64,000 nt of DNA, taken from positions 15,996,001 through 16,060,000 of the forward strand of contig JBHGNT010000005.1 in the NCBI GenBank assembly GCA_043228905.1, in the 5' to 3' direction. Shown here in pieces: positions 51,777 through 61,360 of this stretch. The translations under genes were made by a program, and so were the position numbers. The stretch comes from Azolla caroliniana (lineage: Eukaryota; Plantae; Polypodiophyta). The stretch's first letter is position 1. Each line of letters opens with the position of its first letter. The notes beneath the pieces were generated by a model. That model worked only from the letters and a program-made list of their open reading frames with translations, did not search any database and was not told the origin of the DNA.

Positions 51777-52215
51777 TGTTGTCCATCGGAATAGTAACCG
51801 ACGGACAAAAGCGTAGGAATAAGAAATAATATAAGATCATAACGCATGTAACGGTTCACGCAGGAAGCATGAACGGCTAAATAGACCCTGCGTATATATA
51901 GGGCAGAAAACCTTTGATAGAGGTGCGTGTAATTTTGGGGAATGTAAGAGACGTCTCATAATAGAATTCTATCTTCTCTGATTCTCTGTGTATAGCTACG
52001 GCTAATCCACTGTGTGTATATTGAAGACCTAAGCGTGTAAGAACGTAAGTGTAACCTTTGCTGAGGATTCGGTTGTAGCCGTCTCCCTTATACGCTGATA
52101 GGTTACAAGGAACAATCCCCTACGCATTACGCTTAGACGCCCATTTGTTGTTCCACACCCACTTGAAGGTCTAGGTTGAAGGACTGACCGCGGACCGTGT
52201 TCCTAATCGGCAACA
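51777..52215 (+). repeat. 3' LTR (439 bp)
   Basis: It is a direct repeat of 36184-36622. Confidence 0.93.
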
Positions 52216-53874
52216 TGAAAGTGCATTTAAGCATCAAAAACAAATCCTTTTGGGTCCTAATCGCCTACAATTAATGGTAGTTAATGCCATAACAACTCTT
52301 GAAGTTTCCACTAGACTTCTTGATTCCATTTGAGATCATATGGCCACTGATGAATTCACCAAGGATGTTTTGGATCATATCGTCCCCGATCGTGCTTCTT
52401 GTTCACAGTCGAAAAACCCTCGTAATGACTATCTTCCGTTCTATTGACATAGTGGTTTTTTGTTTCGACAAAATCTATTCTATGTTCTTGATGGTCCCCC
52501 ACAACTACAAGTTTTACAACATTGCCATGACCCACCAATGATTGGTCATTTTGGACTTCGCAAAACTCTAGAATTAATTTCTCGACACTATTGGTGGCCT
52601 TGCCTTCGTCATTTTGTTGGGGAGTATGTTCGCAGATGTGATACATGTTGTCGCTCAAAGAGTCCTCGGCATCAATCCTATGGCTTACTGCAACCACTTC
52701 CCATTCCGGAAAATCCTTGGAAGCCTATATCCTTGGATATCATTACCGATCTCCCAGTTTCAAAAGGTTTTGATGCATATCTCATAGTGGTTGATCAATT
52801 TACCAAAATTGCACATTTCTTACCATGTATGAAGTCTATTACCAATCAAGAGGTGGTCGATCTCATTATGCAGGAGGTATTTAGGCATCATGGTCTTCCG
52901 GATGATATTATTAGTGATCGTGGTCCACAATTCATCTCAAAGTTTTGGAAGCACATGTTCAAACTTCTCCGCGTTTCAGTTAAACTTTCTTCAGGCTATC
53001 ATCCCGAGACTAATGGCCAAACTGAGTGTACCAACCAAACTTTGGAGCAATATTTGCGTTGTTTCATCAACTACCAACAAGATGATTGGGTTGATTTTTT
53101 GCACTTGGTTGAATTCGCTTACAACAACTCAGCCCATTCTTCTACAGGATATTCTCCATTTTTCTCAAATACGGTGTCGTGAAGAAAACCGCCCACAAGG
53201 GGAATCGGAGGAACAAGGCGTGGGGGGGGAAACGGCTCTACACGCACACGCGCGCCAAGAAGTACCTAAGGACGAAGTAGGTACATACGAGGATCCTAGG
53301 TGGGTAGATTCGGTTGGTATGCAGTTAATGCCAAACGGCCTCTTGACGGGCTATAAAAGGAAGAGGGAGAATAGAAGTGAGACATCTCGCGCAGAGAGGA
53401 CGAAGTGCTGCCGAACCGATTTCGAAGCTCCTCTCTCACTCCTGCTCTCTCTGTCTTCTGCTCCATCGCGTACCTGTGCAGGTTTCGAGGAGGCTTGCGC
53501 TGTTCCGTGGAACGCCCGAGTGCGTCCTGCAGCACCTCTGACCTGTTTTCCCCTTTCCGTGCGTCGCGACATACAGGGGTCGGCATCTGTTCGCCGCCCT
53601 GTTCGTTTCCGTTAGTATCTATTTCGTGCCCCACCGTGGGTTGTAACACTTTAGCTGTTATTTTCTTGCATTCATAAGTACATATCTTCCGTGGTTGCGT
53701 CCATCTGTGTCGGCGTTTATTTGTGATCTCTGTTTGTTGGGCCGTGTCCCTGTGCAATCTTCGGTTCTGTGTAATCGGGTCTCTCCTTCTCCTCTCTCTC
53801 TCTTGCTCTTCGGTCCAAGACCCCCGTGGTCCCTCCTCCTTTCGGCACGCAAGGGCGTAGCAACCCCGACATCT

Positions 53875-53892
53875 TGGTGAACCCGACGTGAA
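53875..53892 (+). promoter_or_regulatory. Primer-binding site complementary to tRNA-Trp(CCA)
   Basis: It is an 18-nt complement of the recalled plant tRNA-Trp 3' end ...TTCACGTCGGGTTCACCA. Confidence 0.85.
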
Positions 53893-56041
53893 AGAGGCGG
53901 CAGAAGAGCAGGAAATGAGAGGGTCGGATCTCGCAGAGGCCATGGCTTCGGCCGTGGATCGGATTGTAAACGCGCGCGAGAGCACCGGTGCCCTCGACAG
54001 AGCTATTGAGGCGGTCGTCGGCACGATCGGCCGGTTCGATGGGAAGGATGCCACGAAGTATTTGGCGTCCTACGGTGCAGAGATGCTGATGCGGGACATT
54101 CCGGAAGAAAGGCGTCTTGCCGGATTTCCCCGAGTGGCGATGCCGAGCATCCACGCGGAGGTGCTCGAGGTGCGGATGGAGAGCCGTACCTGGGAGGAGT
54201 TCGAAGGTCGGCTCCTAGAGAAATACGGGCTGGACGACGCGCTCCGGCTTTCGAAGCGAAGGTTCATGGAATGGGTGGAGTCCCCGGGGAAGGGAAGGAA
54301 CGCGTCGGCGCTCCTCCGGGAGTTCGAGGAAAACTTTGCGCGCCTTTCGGCGCTTGACCGAACCATCCTGGACACGAGCCGGGTCTTGCTGTTTGTCAAG
54401 TCGGTCGACGAGCGGGATCGGGAGCAAGTGGGCTTCTTGCTGGAAACCGAAGACGGGCTCACTACGGACTGGGCGGCTGTCAGGAAGGTCTGTGGCCGTT
54501 TCGACAAACGGCGAGAATGGGCGGATAACGGTGCAACCGGGTCGGGCTCGGTCGCAGCAAGGAAGCTCGATCCAGCGCCACAGGTGCGAAAGGAAGAGAC
54601 CCGAGAGTGGTTGGATACCGGTTCGGCTTCGACCGGCGTAGTCAGAGGCTCAACCGGAGGAGCGGCGCTGGAGGAATTGACAAAGGCGATAAAGGACCTC
54701 CAAATCGCGCAGGCCCGAAGGGAAGGAGGCGAACCGGCTCGTGACCGACGGCCGGCGGCAGGAAACAGGTGCATGTGGTGCGATGAAGTCGGCCACATTC
54801 GGAAGGACTGCGGCGACTTCGCGGAGGCGCTGAGGAACAGGGTGGTGTACCTGTGGGAAGGACGGGTGCATGCCAGCGACACCCGAAGGGCCCTGAGCCG
54901 AAACGACGGAAAAGGCGGTATGAAAAGGGTGATGGAAGAGGCGGCGGCCCGACACGCGGAAACCGTCCACTACTCGGCGTCAGCCGGCATTCGAGTCGGG
55001 GGCGGCGAGGCCCGAAGGGAAAGCGAAGCCGGATTCTGGCCGACGATGCTGGGAGGCCTTGCCGGTGCAGGGCTTAAAAGGGAGGAATCGGACCGTGCGG
55101 AGAAACGGGTACGGGAGATGACCGGGTGGAGCGACCCGGTCGAGGAGAAGACGGGCTTCGTGGAAGCCGCTTGCCGGAACTACGAGGCTCTGGTAGAAGA
55201 GAAGCGGGTGGGGAAACCCGGGACGACCGGGCCCTCACAACGATACGAGACCCGGTCCGGGCCGCGACGGGACGAAGCCGGCGGGGCCGGTACGCGAGAT
55301 AAACCCCAGAGGGGCGGGTACCGTCTGGGGACGGAGATAGAAAGAACCACGGACTTACGAAAGGTCCTGGAGGAACGGATCCTCGACAGCAAGGTGGAGC
55401 TGTCGTTACGGGAGGTGCTGGGAATCGCCAAGAAGGAGTTCCACGACTCCATCGTGGACTTGGTGAAACGGAAGAGGCTGTCGACGGAGACAGAACCGGA
55501 AAGACCGGTGGAAGTGCGGACGACGCACCTAGACGACATGGCGCTGGGAGACGAGTGGGCGGAAAGCCACTATTCGAGACCACACTGGGCCCGAGCGACC
55601 ACGGAAACCCCGGTGAAGATCGGCGATGTCCAGGAACCGGTGATAGCTTTGGTGGACCACGGATCGGAGATCAATTTGATGTCCATGGACTTCTATAAGA
55701 AGGGCAAATGGCCGATCAACACCAAGCACGGGTGGAAAATAAGGGCAGCAACGCGCGCCACCGAGGAACTGCACGGGGCCTGTCCGAATGTGCGGGTCAA
55801 GATTGGCGACGTCGAGATTGACCAACACTTCTTCGTGCAGGAGACGTCTTCGCACCCGGTCATTCTGGGAGAACCGTACATTACGGCGGCGCGGATGGAG
55901 ACCAAAGTGCTGGACAATGGTTCGGCCTACGCGAGGGTCAAAAGCCAAGACGGGCGCCATTCGGTCCAGTTTCTGACGGTAAGGCCGAACCACGAACGAA
56001 ACCGTGATTCCCTCGGTTCTGAAAACCGAGAGGATTTTTAG
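53888..56041 (+). CDS. gag: Gag-protease polyprotein (first ATG about 53915)
   Basis: The 717-aa ORF has the CCHC knuckle CMWCDEVGHIRKDC and the aspartic-protease-like motif ALVDHGSEIN...VILGEPY. Confidence 0.9.
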   Translation: MKEAAEEQEMRGSDLAEAMASAVDRIVNARESTGALDRAIEAVVGTIGRFDGKDATKYLASYGAEMLMRDIPEERRLAGFPRVAMPSIHAEVLEVRMESRTWEEFEGRLLEKYGLDDALRLSKRRFMEWVESPGKGRNASALLREFEENFARLSALDRTILDTSRVLLFVKSVDERDREQVGFLLETEDGLTTDWAAVRKVCGRFDKRREWADNGATGSGSVAARKLDPAPQVRKEETREWLDTGSASTGVVRGSTGGAALEELTKAIKDLQIAQARREGGEPARDRRPAAGNRCMWCDEVGHIRKDCGDFAEALRNRVVYLWEGRVHASDTRRALSRNDGKGGMKRVMEEAAARHAETVHYSASAGIRVGGGEARRESEAGFWPTMLGGLAGAGLKREESDRAEKRVREMTGWSDPVEEKTGFVEAACRNYEALVEEKRVGKPGTTGPSQRYETRSGPRRDEAGGAGTRDKPQRGGYRLGTEIERTTDLRKVLEERILDSKVELSLREVLGIAKKEFHDSIVDLVKRKRLSTETEPERPVEVRTTHLDDMALGDEWAESHYSRPHWARATTETPVKIGDVQEPVIALVDHGSEINLMSMDFYKKGKWPINTKHGWKIRAATRATEELHGACPNVRVKIGDVEIDQHFFVQETSSHPVILGEPYITAARMETKVLDNGSAYARVKSQDGRHSVQFLTVRPNHERNRDSLGSENREDF

Positions 56042-56098
56042 AGAGGACTGCCAAGGCGTGGGGCCGCGACAGTCCGGACACCCCGGGAAAACCCCACA
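56032..56098 (+). promoter_or_regulatory. Putative -1 ribosomal frameshift signal (G GAT TTT plus stem-loop/pseudoknot)
   Basis: The slippery heptamer lies immediately before the gag stop, followed by the stem GGACTG...CAGTCC. The loop GTGGGG can pair with the downstream CCCCAC. Confidence 0.75.
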
Positions 56099-59000
56099 CC
56101 TGTACGATAAAACCGAAGAAACCTTGTACCATAGGTAGGGAATTTTTGTTCTCCGACAGCGGAGCGTGCACGACAGTCGGCATCGGCGGCCGAGAGAAGA
56201 GAAAGGCGGAGGGGAGACTTCGAGCGTGCGGAGTTCTCGGCCCTGACGAGGAAATCGACGGAGCCGTGGAGGCGGTCTCATTCGACGACACCTTGGGAAT
56301 GCTGGGAAAGGTAGTCGAAGAAGGCCTTAACGAAGACCGGACGATACCGGTGTGTTCCGAGGAGATGTACGAAGTCATCGCGGACTTCGGTCGAGGGCTC
56401 GAGTCAGTTCGGACGGCCCACGTGAGCACCAAGTACAAGACTGTGGACCGGAAGGTAAGGCCAGTCGCGGCACCCTTACCGGAGGACAGCGCGTCGAGAA
56501 TCAAAGGGGTTGCATCGGACCCTAGTCTACGAGATCCGGCCTGCATAGGACACACCTTTACCGACGAGACGCTCCGAGAGCTCAAAATCGGTGGGGGCGG
56601 GTTCCTACTGCCGGCGGAGGAAGACCGGTTTCGGAGAATGCTCGGAAGGCACGGGAAAGCCTTCGCATTCTCGCCGGAGGAAATCGGGTGCGTTGACCCG
56701 ACGATCGTGGAGCCGATGGTGATATTCACGGTACCGCATGTACCATGGAATCTCAAGCCGATCCCGGTTCCGAGAGCTCACATCCCGAAGTTGATGGAGC
56801 TGCTGAGGCAGAAAGTTGATATGGGAATTCTCGAGCCGTCGAGCGCCCCATATTCGAATCGATGGTTTACCGTACCGAAGAAAAACGGTTCGTTGCGCTT
56901 CATCCAGGACCTGCAGCCGGTCAATCGAGTGACGATTCGGAACGGAGGGATCGGACCGACCATAGACGAGTTCGCGGAGGCCTTCGCCGGAAGGTCAATT
57001 TACTCGGTCGGGGATCTATACTCAGGGTACGACCAGTTCCAGCTAGCCGTGGAGAGCAGAGACATTACGACGATGCGAACTCCCCTCGGCCTAGTTCGGA
57101 TGTGTACACTGCCGCAAGGGGGGACCAACTCGGTGGCCCACATGGTGAATGCGATGAACAAGGTTCTGAGGGACTGTATCCCGGACATCACCATGCCGTT
57201 TCTGGACGACATCCCGGTCAAGGGATGCCCGGTGGAAGAAAGGGACGAGACGATCGGGCCGGACGGATGCCGGCGATTCGTGGCGACGCACATCGACGAC
57301 TGCGAGAAGGTGCTGCAAAGGCTAGAGGATGCGAGACTCACCTTCTCCGGGGAGAAGTCGGCCTTCGGGCAGTCAGAAATCATGGTGGTCGGACACCTGT
57401 GCGGACCATATGGCCGGAAACCGTCTCCGGCAAAGGTAGAAGCCATCTCCGCGATGAAGCCCGACTGCAGCTCGGTCACGGAAGTACGGAGATTCCTGGG
57501 GGCATGCGCGTTCTACCACATATGGATCCCGCATTACGCACACGTCGCGGAGCCACTGTACGGGTTGCTGAAAAAGGGGCGAAGGTTCGAATGGCTAGAC
57601 GAGCATGCGGAATCGGTCCGGAGGCTGAAAGAGGCCCTTGCAGCGGCACCGGCACTCCGGAAGGCGGCATACGGGAAGGGTACCCCGGTATTCATAACGG
57701 TGGATACCAGCCCGACCGGGATCGGATGGGTCATGAACCAGGAAGACGAGGACGGCAATCGGTTTCCGATCCGATTCGGCGCGAAAGTCCTCAGTGAACG
57801 GCAGCGAGGATACGCCCAGGTTAAACGCGAACTCTGGGGTATTGTTTCGGCGGTTAAGGCCGACAAAGACTACCTGATAGGGACAGAAGTGATCATCGAG
57901 ACGGATTGCCTGCCGATTCTCGGTATGGTTTCCGGATGCGCGACTCCGGACCTGGCGATGCTCAGGTGGATAGCGTACATCAAGTCCCTGGACCCGGAAA
58001 TACGACACATTTCCGGGAAAGACAACGCCATGGCCGACATGCTTTCGAGGGCGAGGTTCGACGACGAGGGCGGCATGGTTTCGGAAGACGAAGAAGTCGG
58101 CGTGGATTTCTTCGAGGCGGCATACATAACAACCGACGGGATGGGCACTCCGGCGCTTAACGAGTTCGACGCGAGCAAGTACGACGGGGAGTGGCTGCAG
58201 ATCGGCGGGTTTTTGAAGACAATGACGCCCGATGCGTCATGGACGAAGGACGAGGCCAACCGGATCCGGAAGAAAGCATATCGATTCTTTCTCCGAGATG
58301 GGCATTTGTGGAAGCACCCGAAGAAGAGGAACGGCGTCCCGCTCCGGGTGGTGGCGATGAAGGAAGAACAGGAGGAGCTACTGGCGGCCTACCACGACAG
58401 CCCTTGGGCTGGACACCGTGGAACGTGGGCGACATTTGAGAAGCTGAAGGGGAAGTACTGGTGGCCGGGATTGTACCGGGACGTGCATCGGTTCGTGTCA
58501 ACTTGCGAGAGTTGTCAGATGCACTCGATAGTCCGACACCGGGACGGGCTTCACCCTACGTACCCTCCGACTATCCACTTCAAATGGATGGTAGATCTGG
58601 TGACGATGCCGATGGGGGTAGGACAGATGCGGTATCTGGTCCTAGCACGGGAAGACCTGATGAACCAGGTGGAAGGCCGAGCCCTTCAGAACAAGACGAC
58701 CGCGGCCGTGTGTCGGTTCCTGATCGAGGACGTGATATGCCGGTACGGGTGCGTCGGGAAAATCGTGGCTGACCGAGGGGAGTTGGACGCCGAGGAAGCC
58801 GCGGAGCTGTTCGACCGGCTGGGGGTCAAGCTCTCGCTCACCACTGCGTACAATCCGGAGGCGAATGGGAAGGTGGAGCGCGGACACGGACCGATCGTCA
58901 AGGCGTTGGTTCGGGCATGCGGAGGCCGAATCGGTGACTGGCCGCGGCTCCTACCTTATGCTTTGTGGGCAGACCGGACCACGCACAGTTCGGTAACCGG

Positions 59001-59529
59001 GTACATGCCGACAGAGCTCATGTTCGGCCAGAAGCCGATCATGCCGATTGAACGGACGATCTCCTCGTGGGCAACGGTCGACTGGAGGGACGAGATGAGC
59101 CGGGAGGAGTTGTTGGCCGCGCGTATACGACAGCTCGAGCGGAGACCGGAGGACGTGGCACTGGCTACGGAGAAGCTCCGGGTGGCGAGGACAAAGAACA
59201 AAGCCCGGTTCGACCGAACGCACCGGCTACGACCGAAGAGAATCGACGAAGGTGACTGGGTGCTCGTCTACGACAGCAGCCTCGACAACCAGCACCGAGC
59301 AACGCGGAAGTTCGCACGGAGATGGTTCGGGCCGTACACGGTACAGAGCGCCAACGACAACGGGACGTATCATCTGGCGGAACTCGACGGTACGAGAATA
59401 GCGATACCCGTGGCCGGGAAGAGGATCAAAGCTTTCAAGAAGCGGCACGACGACGAACCCGACCCGATTCTCCTGGACAGCAGCGACGACCGATCCGAGG
59501 CCGAGGAAGGGCCGGCAGGCGAAGAGTAA
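56032..59529 (+). CDS. pol: Pol (RT-RNase H-integrase), -1 frame relative to gag
   Basis: The 1127-aa ORF from 56146 lies in a frame that is open back to the GGATTTT at 56032-56038. It contains RT PFLDDIP, RNase H TVDTS, the HHCC motif and the integrase core. Confidence 0.93.
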   Translation, partial: GFLERTAKAWGRDSPDTPGKPHTCTIKPKKPCTIGREFLFSDSGACTTVGIGGREKRKAEGRLRACGVLGPDEEIDGAVEAVSFDDTLGMLGKVVEEGLNEDRTIPVCSEEMYEVIADFGRGLESVRTAHVSTKYKTVDRKVRPVAAPLPEDSASRIKGVASDPSLRDPACIGHTFTDETLRELKIGGGGFLLPAEEDRFRRMLGRHGKAFAFSPEEIGCVDPTIVEPMVIFTVPHVPWNLKPIPVPRAHIPKLMELLRQKVDMGILEPSSAPYSNRWFTVPKKNGSLRFIQDLQPVNRVTIRNGGIGPTIDEFAEAFAGRSIYSVGDLYSGYDQFQLAVESRDITTMRTPLGLVRMCTLPQGGTNSVAHMVNAMNKVLRDCIPDITMPFLDDIPVKGCPVEERDETIGPDGCRRFVATHIDDCEKVLQRLEDARLTFSGEKSAFGQSEIMVVGHLCGPYGRKPSPAKVEAISAMKPDCSSVTEVRRFLGACAFYHIWIPHYAHVAEPLYGLLKKGRRFEWLDEHAESVRRLKEALAAAPALRKAAYGKGTPVFITVDTSPTGIGWVMNQEDEDGNRFPIRFGAKVLSERQRGYAQVKRELWGIVSAVKADKDYLIGTEVIIETDCLPILGMVSGCATPDLAMLRWIAYIKSLDPEIRHISGKDNAMADMLSRARFDDEGGMVSEDEEVGVDFFEAAYITTDGMGTPALNEFDASKYDGEWLQIGGFLKTMTPDASWTKDEANRIRKKAYRFFLRDGHLWKHPKKRNGVPLRVVAMKEEQEELLAAYHDSPWAGHRGTWATFEKLKGKYWWPGLYRDVHRFVSTCESCQMHSIVRHRDGLHPTYPPTIHFKWMVDLVTMPMGVGQMRYLVLAREDLMNQVEGRALQNKTTAAVCRFLIEDVICRYGCVGKIVADRGELDAEEAAELFDRLGVKLSLTTAYNPEANGKVERGHGPIVKALVRACGGRIGDWPRLLPYALWADRTTHSSVTGYMPTELMFGQKPIMPIERTISSWATVDWRDEMSREELLAARIRQLERRPEDVALATEKLRVARTKNKARFDRTHRLRPKRIDEGDWVLVYDSSLDNQHRATRKFARRWFGPYTVQSANDNGTYHLAELDGTRIAIPVAGKRIKAFKKRHDDEPDPILLDSSDDRSEAEEGPAGEE

Positions 59530-60875
59530 AGACGGGCCGGTTTTCTCCGTGCCAACTTAATTTGGCGCATGCCGGTGGATGCGCGGTTAGGTGGGGGCGG
59601 ATGTCGTGAAGAAAACCGCCCACAAGGGGAATCGGAGGAACAAGGCGTGGGGGGGGAAACGGCTCTACACGCACACGCGCGCCAAGAAGTACCTAAGGAC
59701 GAAGTAGGTACATACGAGGATCCTAGGTGGGTAGATTCGGTTGGTATGCAGTTAATGCCAAACGGCCTCTTGACGGGCTATAAAAGGAAGAGGGAGAATA
59801 GAAGTGAGACATCTCGCGCAGAGAGGACGAAGTGCTGCCGAACCGATTTCGAAGCTCCTCTCTCACTCCTGCTCTCTCTGTCTTCTGCTCCATCGCGTAC
59901 CTGTGCAGGTTTCGAGGAGGCTTGCGCTGTTCCGTGGAACGCCCGAGTGCGTCCTGCAGCACCTCCGACCTGTTTTCCCCTTTCCGTGCGTCGCGACATA
60001 CAGGGGTCGGCATCTGTTCGCCGCCCTGTTCGTTTCCGTTAGTATCTATTTCGTGCCCCACCGTGGGTTGTAACACTTTAGCTGTTATTTTCTTGCATTC
60101 ATAAGTACATATCTTCCGTGGTTGCGTCCATCTGTGTCGGCGTTTATTTGTGATCTCTGTTTGTTGGGCCGTGTCCCTGTGCAATCTTCGGTTCTGTGTA
60201 ATCGGGTCTCTCCTTCTCCTCTCTCTCTCTTGCTCTTCGGTCCAAGACCCCCGTGGTCCCTCCTCCTTTCGGCACGCAAGGGCGTAGCAACCCCGACAAC
60301 GGGATCTCATCCTCGGTGGACAATGAATGCGCATCTAGACGTTCTTGCCAACCCTGTTGTTGAGGATCTTCTTAGTCGCCTCCAAGAAATTCACGCTACC
60401 ATTCTCCACAATTTGCATGATGCTCAAGTTACAAACAAGAGGCTTGCGGATCGACATCACCTAGACTCCTCCAAAAAGTTCTGAGTTGGGGATCATGTAT
60501 GGCTTCTCCAACACAACATCAAGACCACTCGACCTTGCAGTAAATTGGATTACCAACATTTTGGCCCTTATATGATCACTGGTAAGATAAGTGATGTTGC
60601 ACTTATTCTTGGCACCCCTCCGCCACTTGTTGAGTTCTTGGACGGACCTGAATTTGAGGTTGCTGCCATTCTCGATTCTAAAATCGTGCGCAACAAGTTG
60701 TATTACTTGGTCAATTGGTTAGGCTATACCCCAATGATTGAACTTGAGAACCTGCCGCAAAATCTTTCCAATGCCGCAGACATGGTCACTGCATTTCATC
60801 CCCAATATCCTCATAAACCAGGTCCTAGTACAAACCCTACGACCCGTGAGACGTGTCATCACAGAACGGGGATAG

Positions 60876-61284
60876 TGTAATGATGACACTCACATCATGC
60901 CTCAAAAAGATTTGAACCCATGACCTTGTTATACGCATATCAAATCCTTAACCATTGTATTAATATTTTTACATGTATGGTTTTTAGAATATATAATCTC
61001 ATATCATAGGAATATTCTATATTACTCTACATTCTAGAATGACCTAGAATATTCTAGAGTGTTCTATACACTAGAACCTTCTAGATTACTCTACATTCTA
61101 GTATGACCTAGAATATTCTAGAGTGTTCTATATTACTTATAAATAGGGATCTATCAGTCATCCCAAAACTAAATTGGTTCAACGCCATTCTATAGCACTC
61201 TGTTGCTTACTCCTTGTAATCCATTTTACTCTGCAATAAAATATTTCCCTTTCAATTCTCTCTCTTTCTTTGTCTTATCACTAT

Positions 61285-61352
<68 letters not shown>

Positions 61353-61360
61353 TCTTGACA
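60876..61360 (+). repeat. 3' LTR of the outer chromovirus
   Basis: It runs TGTAATG...CTTGACA after the PPT, and Copia sequence resumes at 61361. Confidence 0.8.

Larger units (their letters stand above)
36184..52215 (+). mobile_element. Non-chromoviral (OTA/Tat-like) Ty3/Gypsy element, Arg-tRNA primed, with extra 3' ORF and no PPT
   Basis: LTRs are 36184-36622 and 51777-52215 (TGTTGTCC...GGCAACA). The TSD is GGAAA/TGAAA and the PBS TGGCACGCCTGGTG is at 36627-36640. Degenerate gag-PR-RT-RH-INT spans 36677-42241. Confidence 0.92.
53175..60298 (+). mobile_element. Apparently intact, very young Trp-tRNA-primed Ty3/Gypsy element (GC-rich)
   Basis: The 697-bp LTRs are 53175-53871 and 59602-60298, with one substitution seen (53539 T vs 59966 C). 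The 4-bp TSD is ACGG. The PBS TGGTGAACCCGACGTGAA is at 53875-53892 and the PPT is at about 59585-59601. Both ORFs are uninterrupted. Confidence 0.97.
33361..61360 (+). mobile_element. Degenerate Tcn1-like chromovirus (pieces 33361-36183, 52221-53174, 60303-61360); 5' LTR lost
   Basis: It carries gag with CLYCGGPGHIAVNC, protease LLDSGA, RT, RNase H, integrase and the chromodomain EFEVAAILDSKIVRNKLYYLVNWLGY. A PPT lies at about 60863-60875 and the 3' LTR is 60876-61360. The reading frame is continuous across both nested insertions. Confidence 0.9.

Noticed and set aside
36184-52215. The element is really minus-strand, making the motif at 51758-51774 an ordinary PBS
   Set aside because: gag-pol, the extra ORF and the LTR TATA are all on the plus strand, and a normal PBS exists after the left LTR.
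54070-59674. Many long overlapping or antisense ORFs within the GC-rich Gypsy
   Set aside because: They are expected shadows of high-GC coding sequence and show no recognisable domains.
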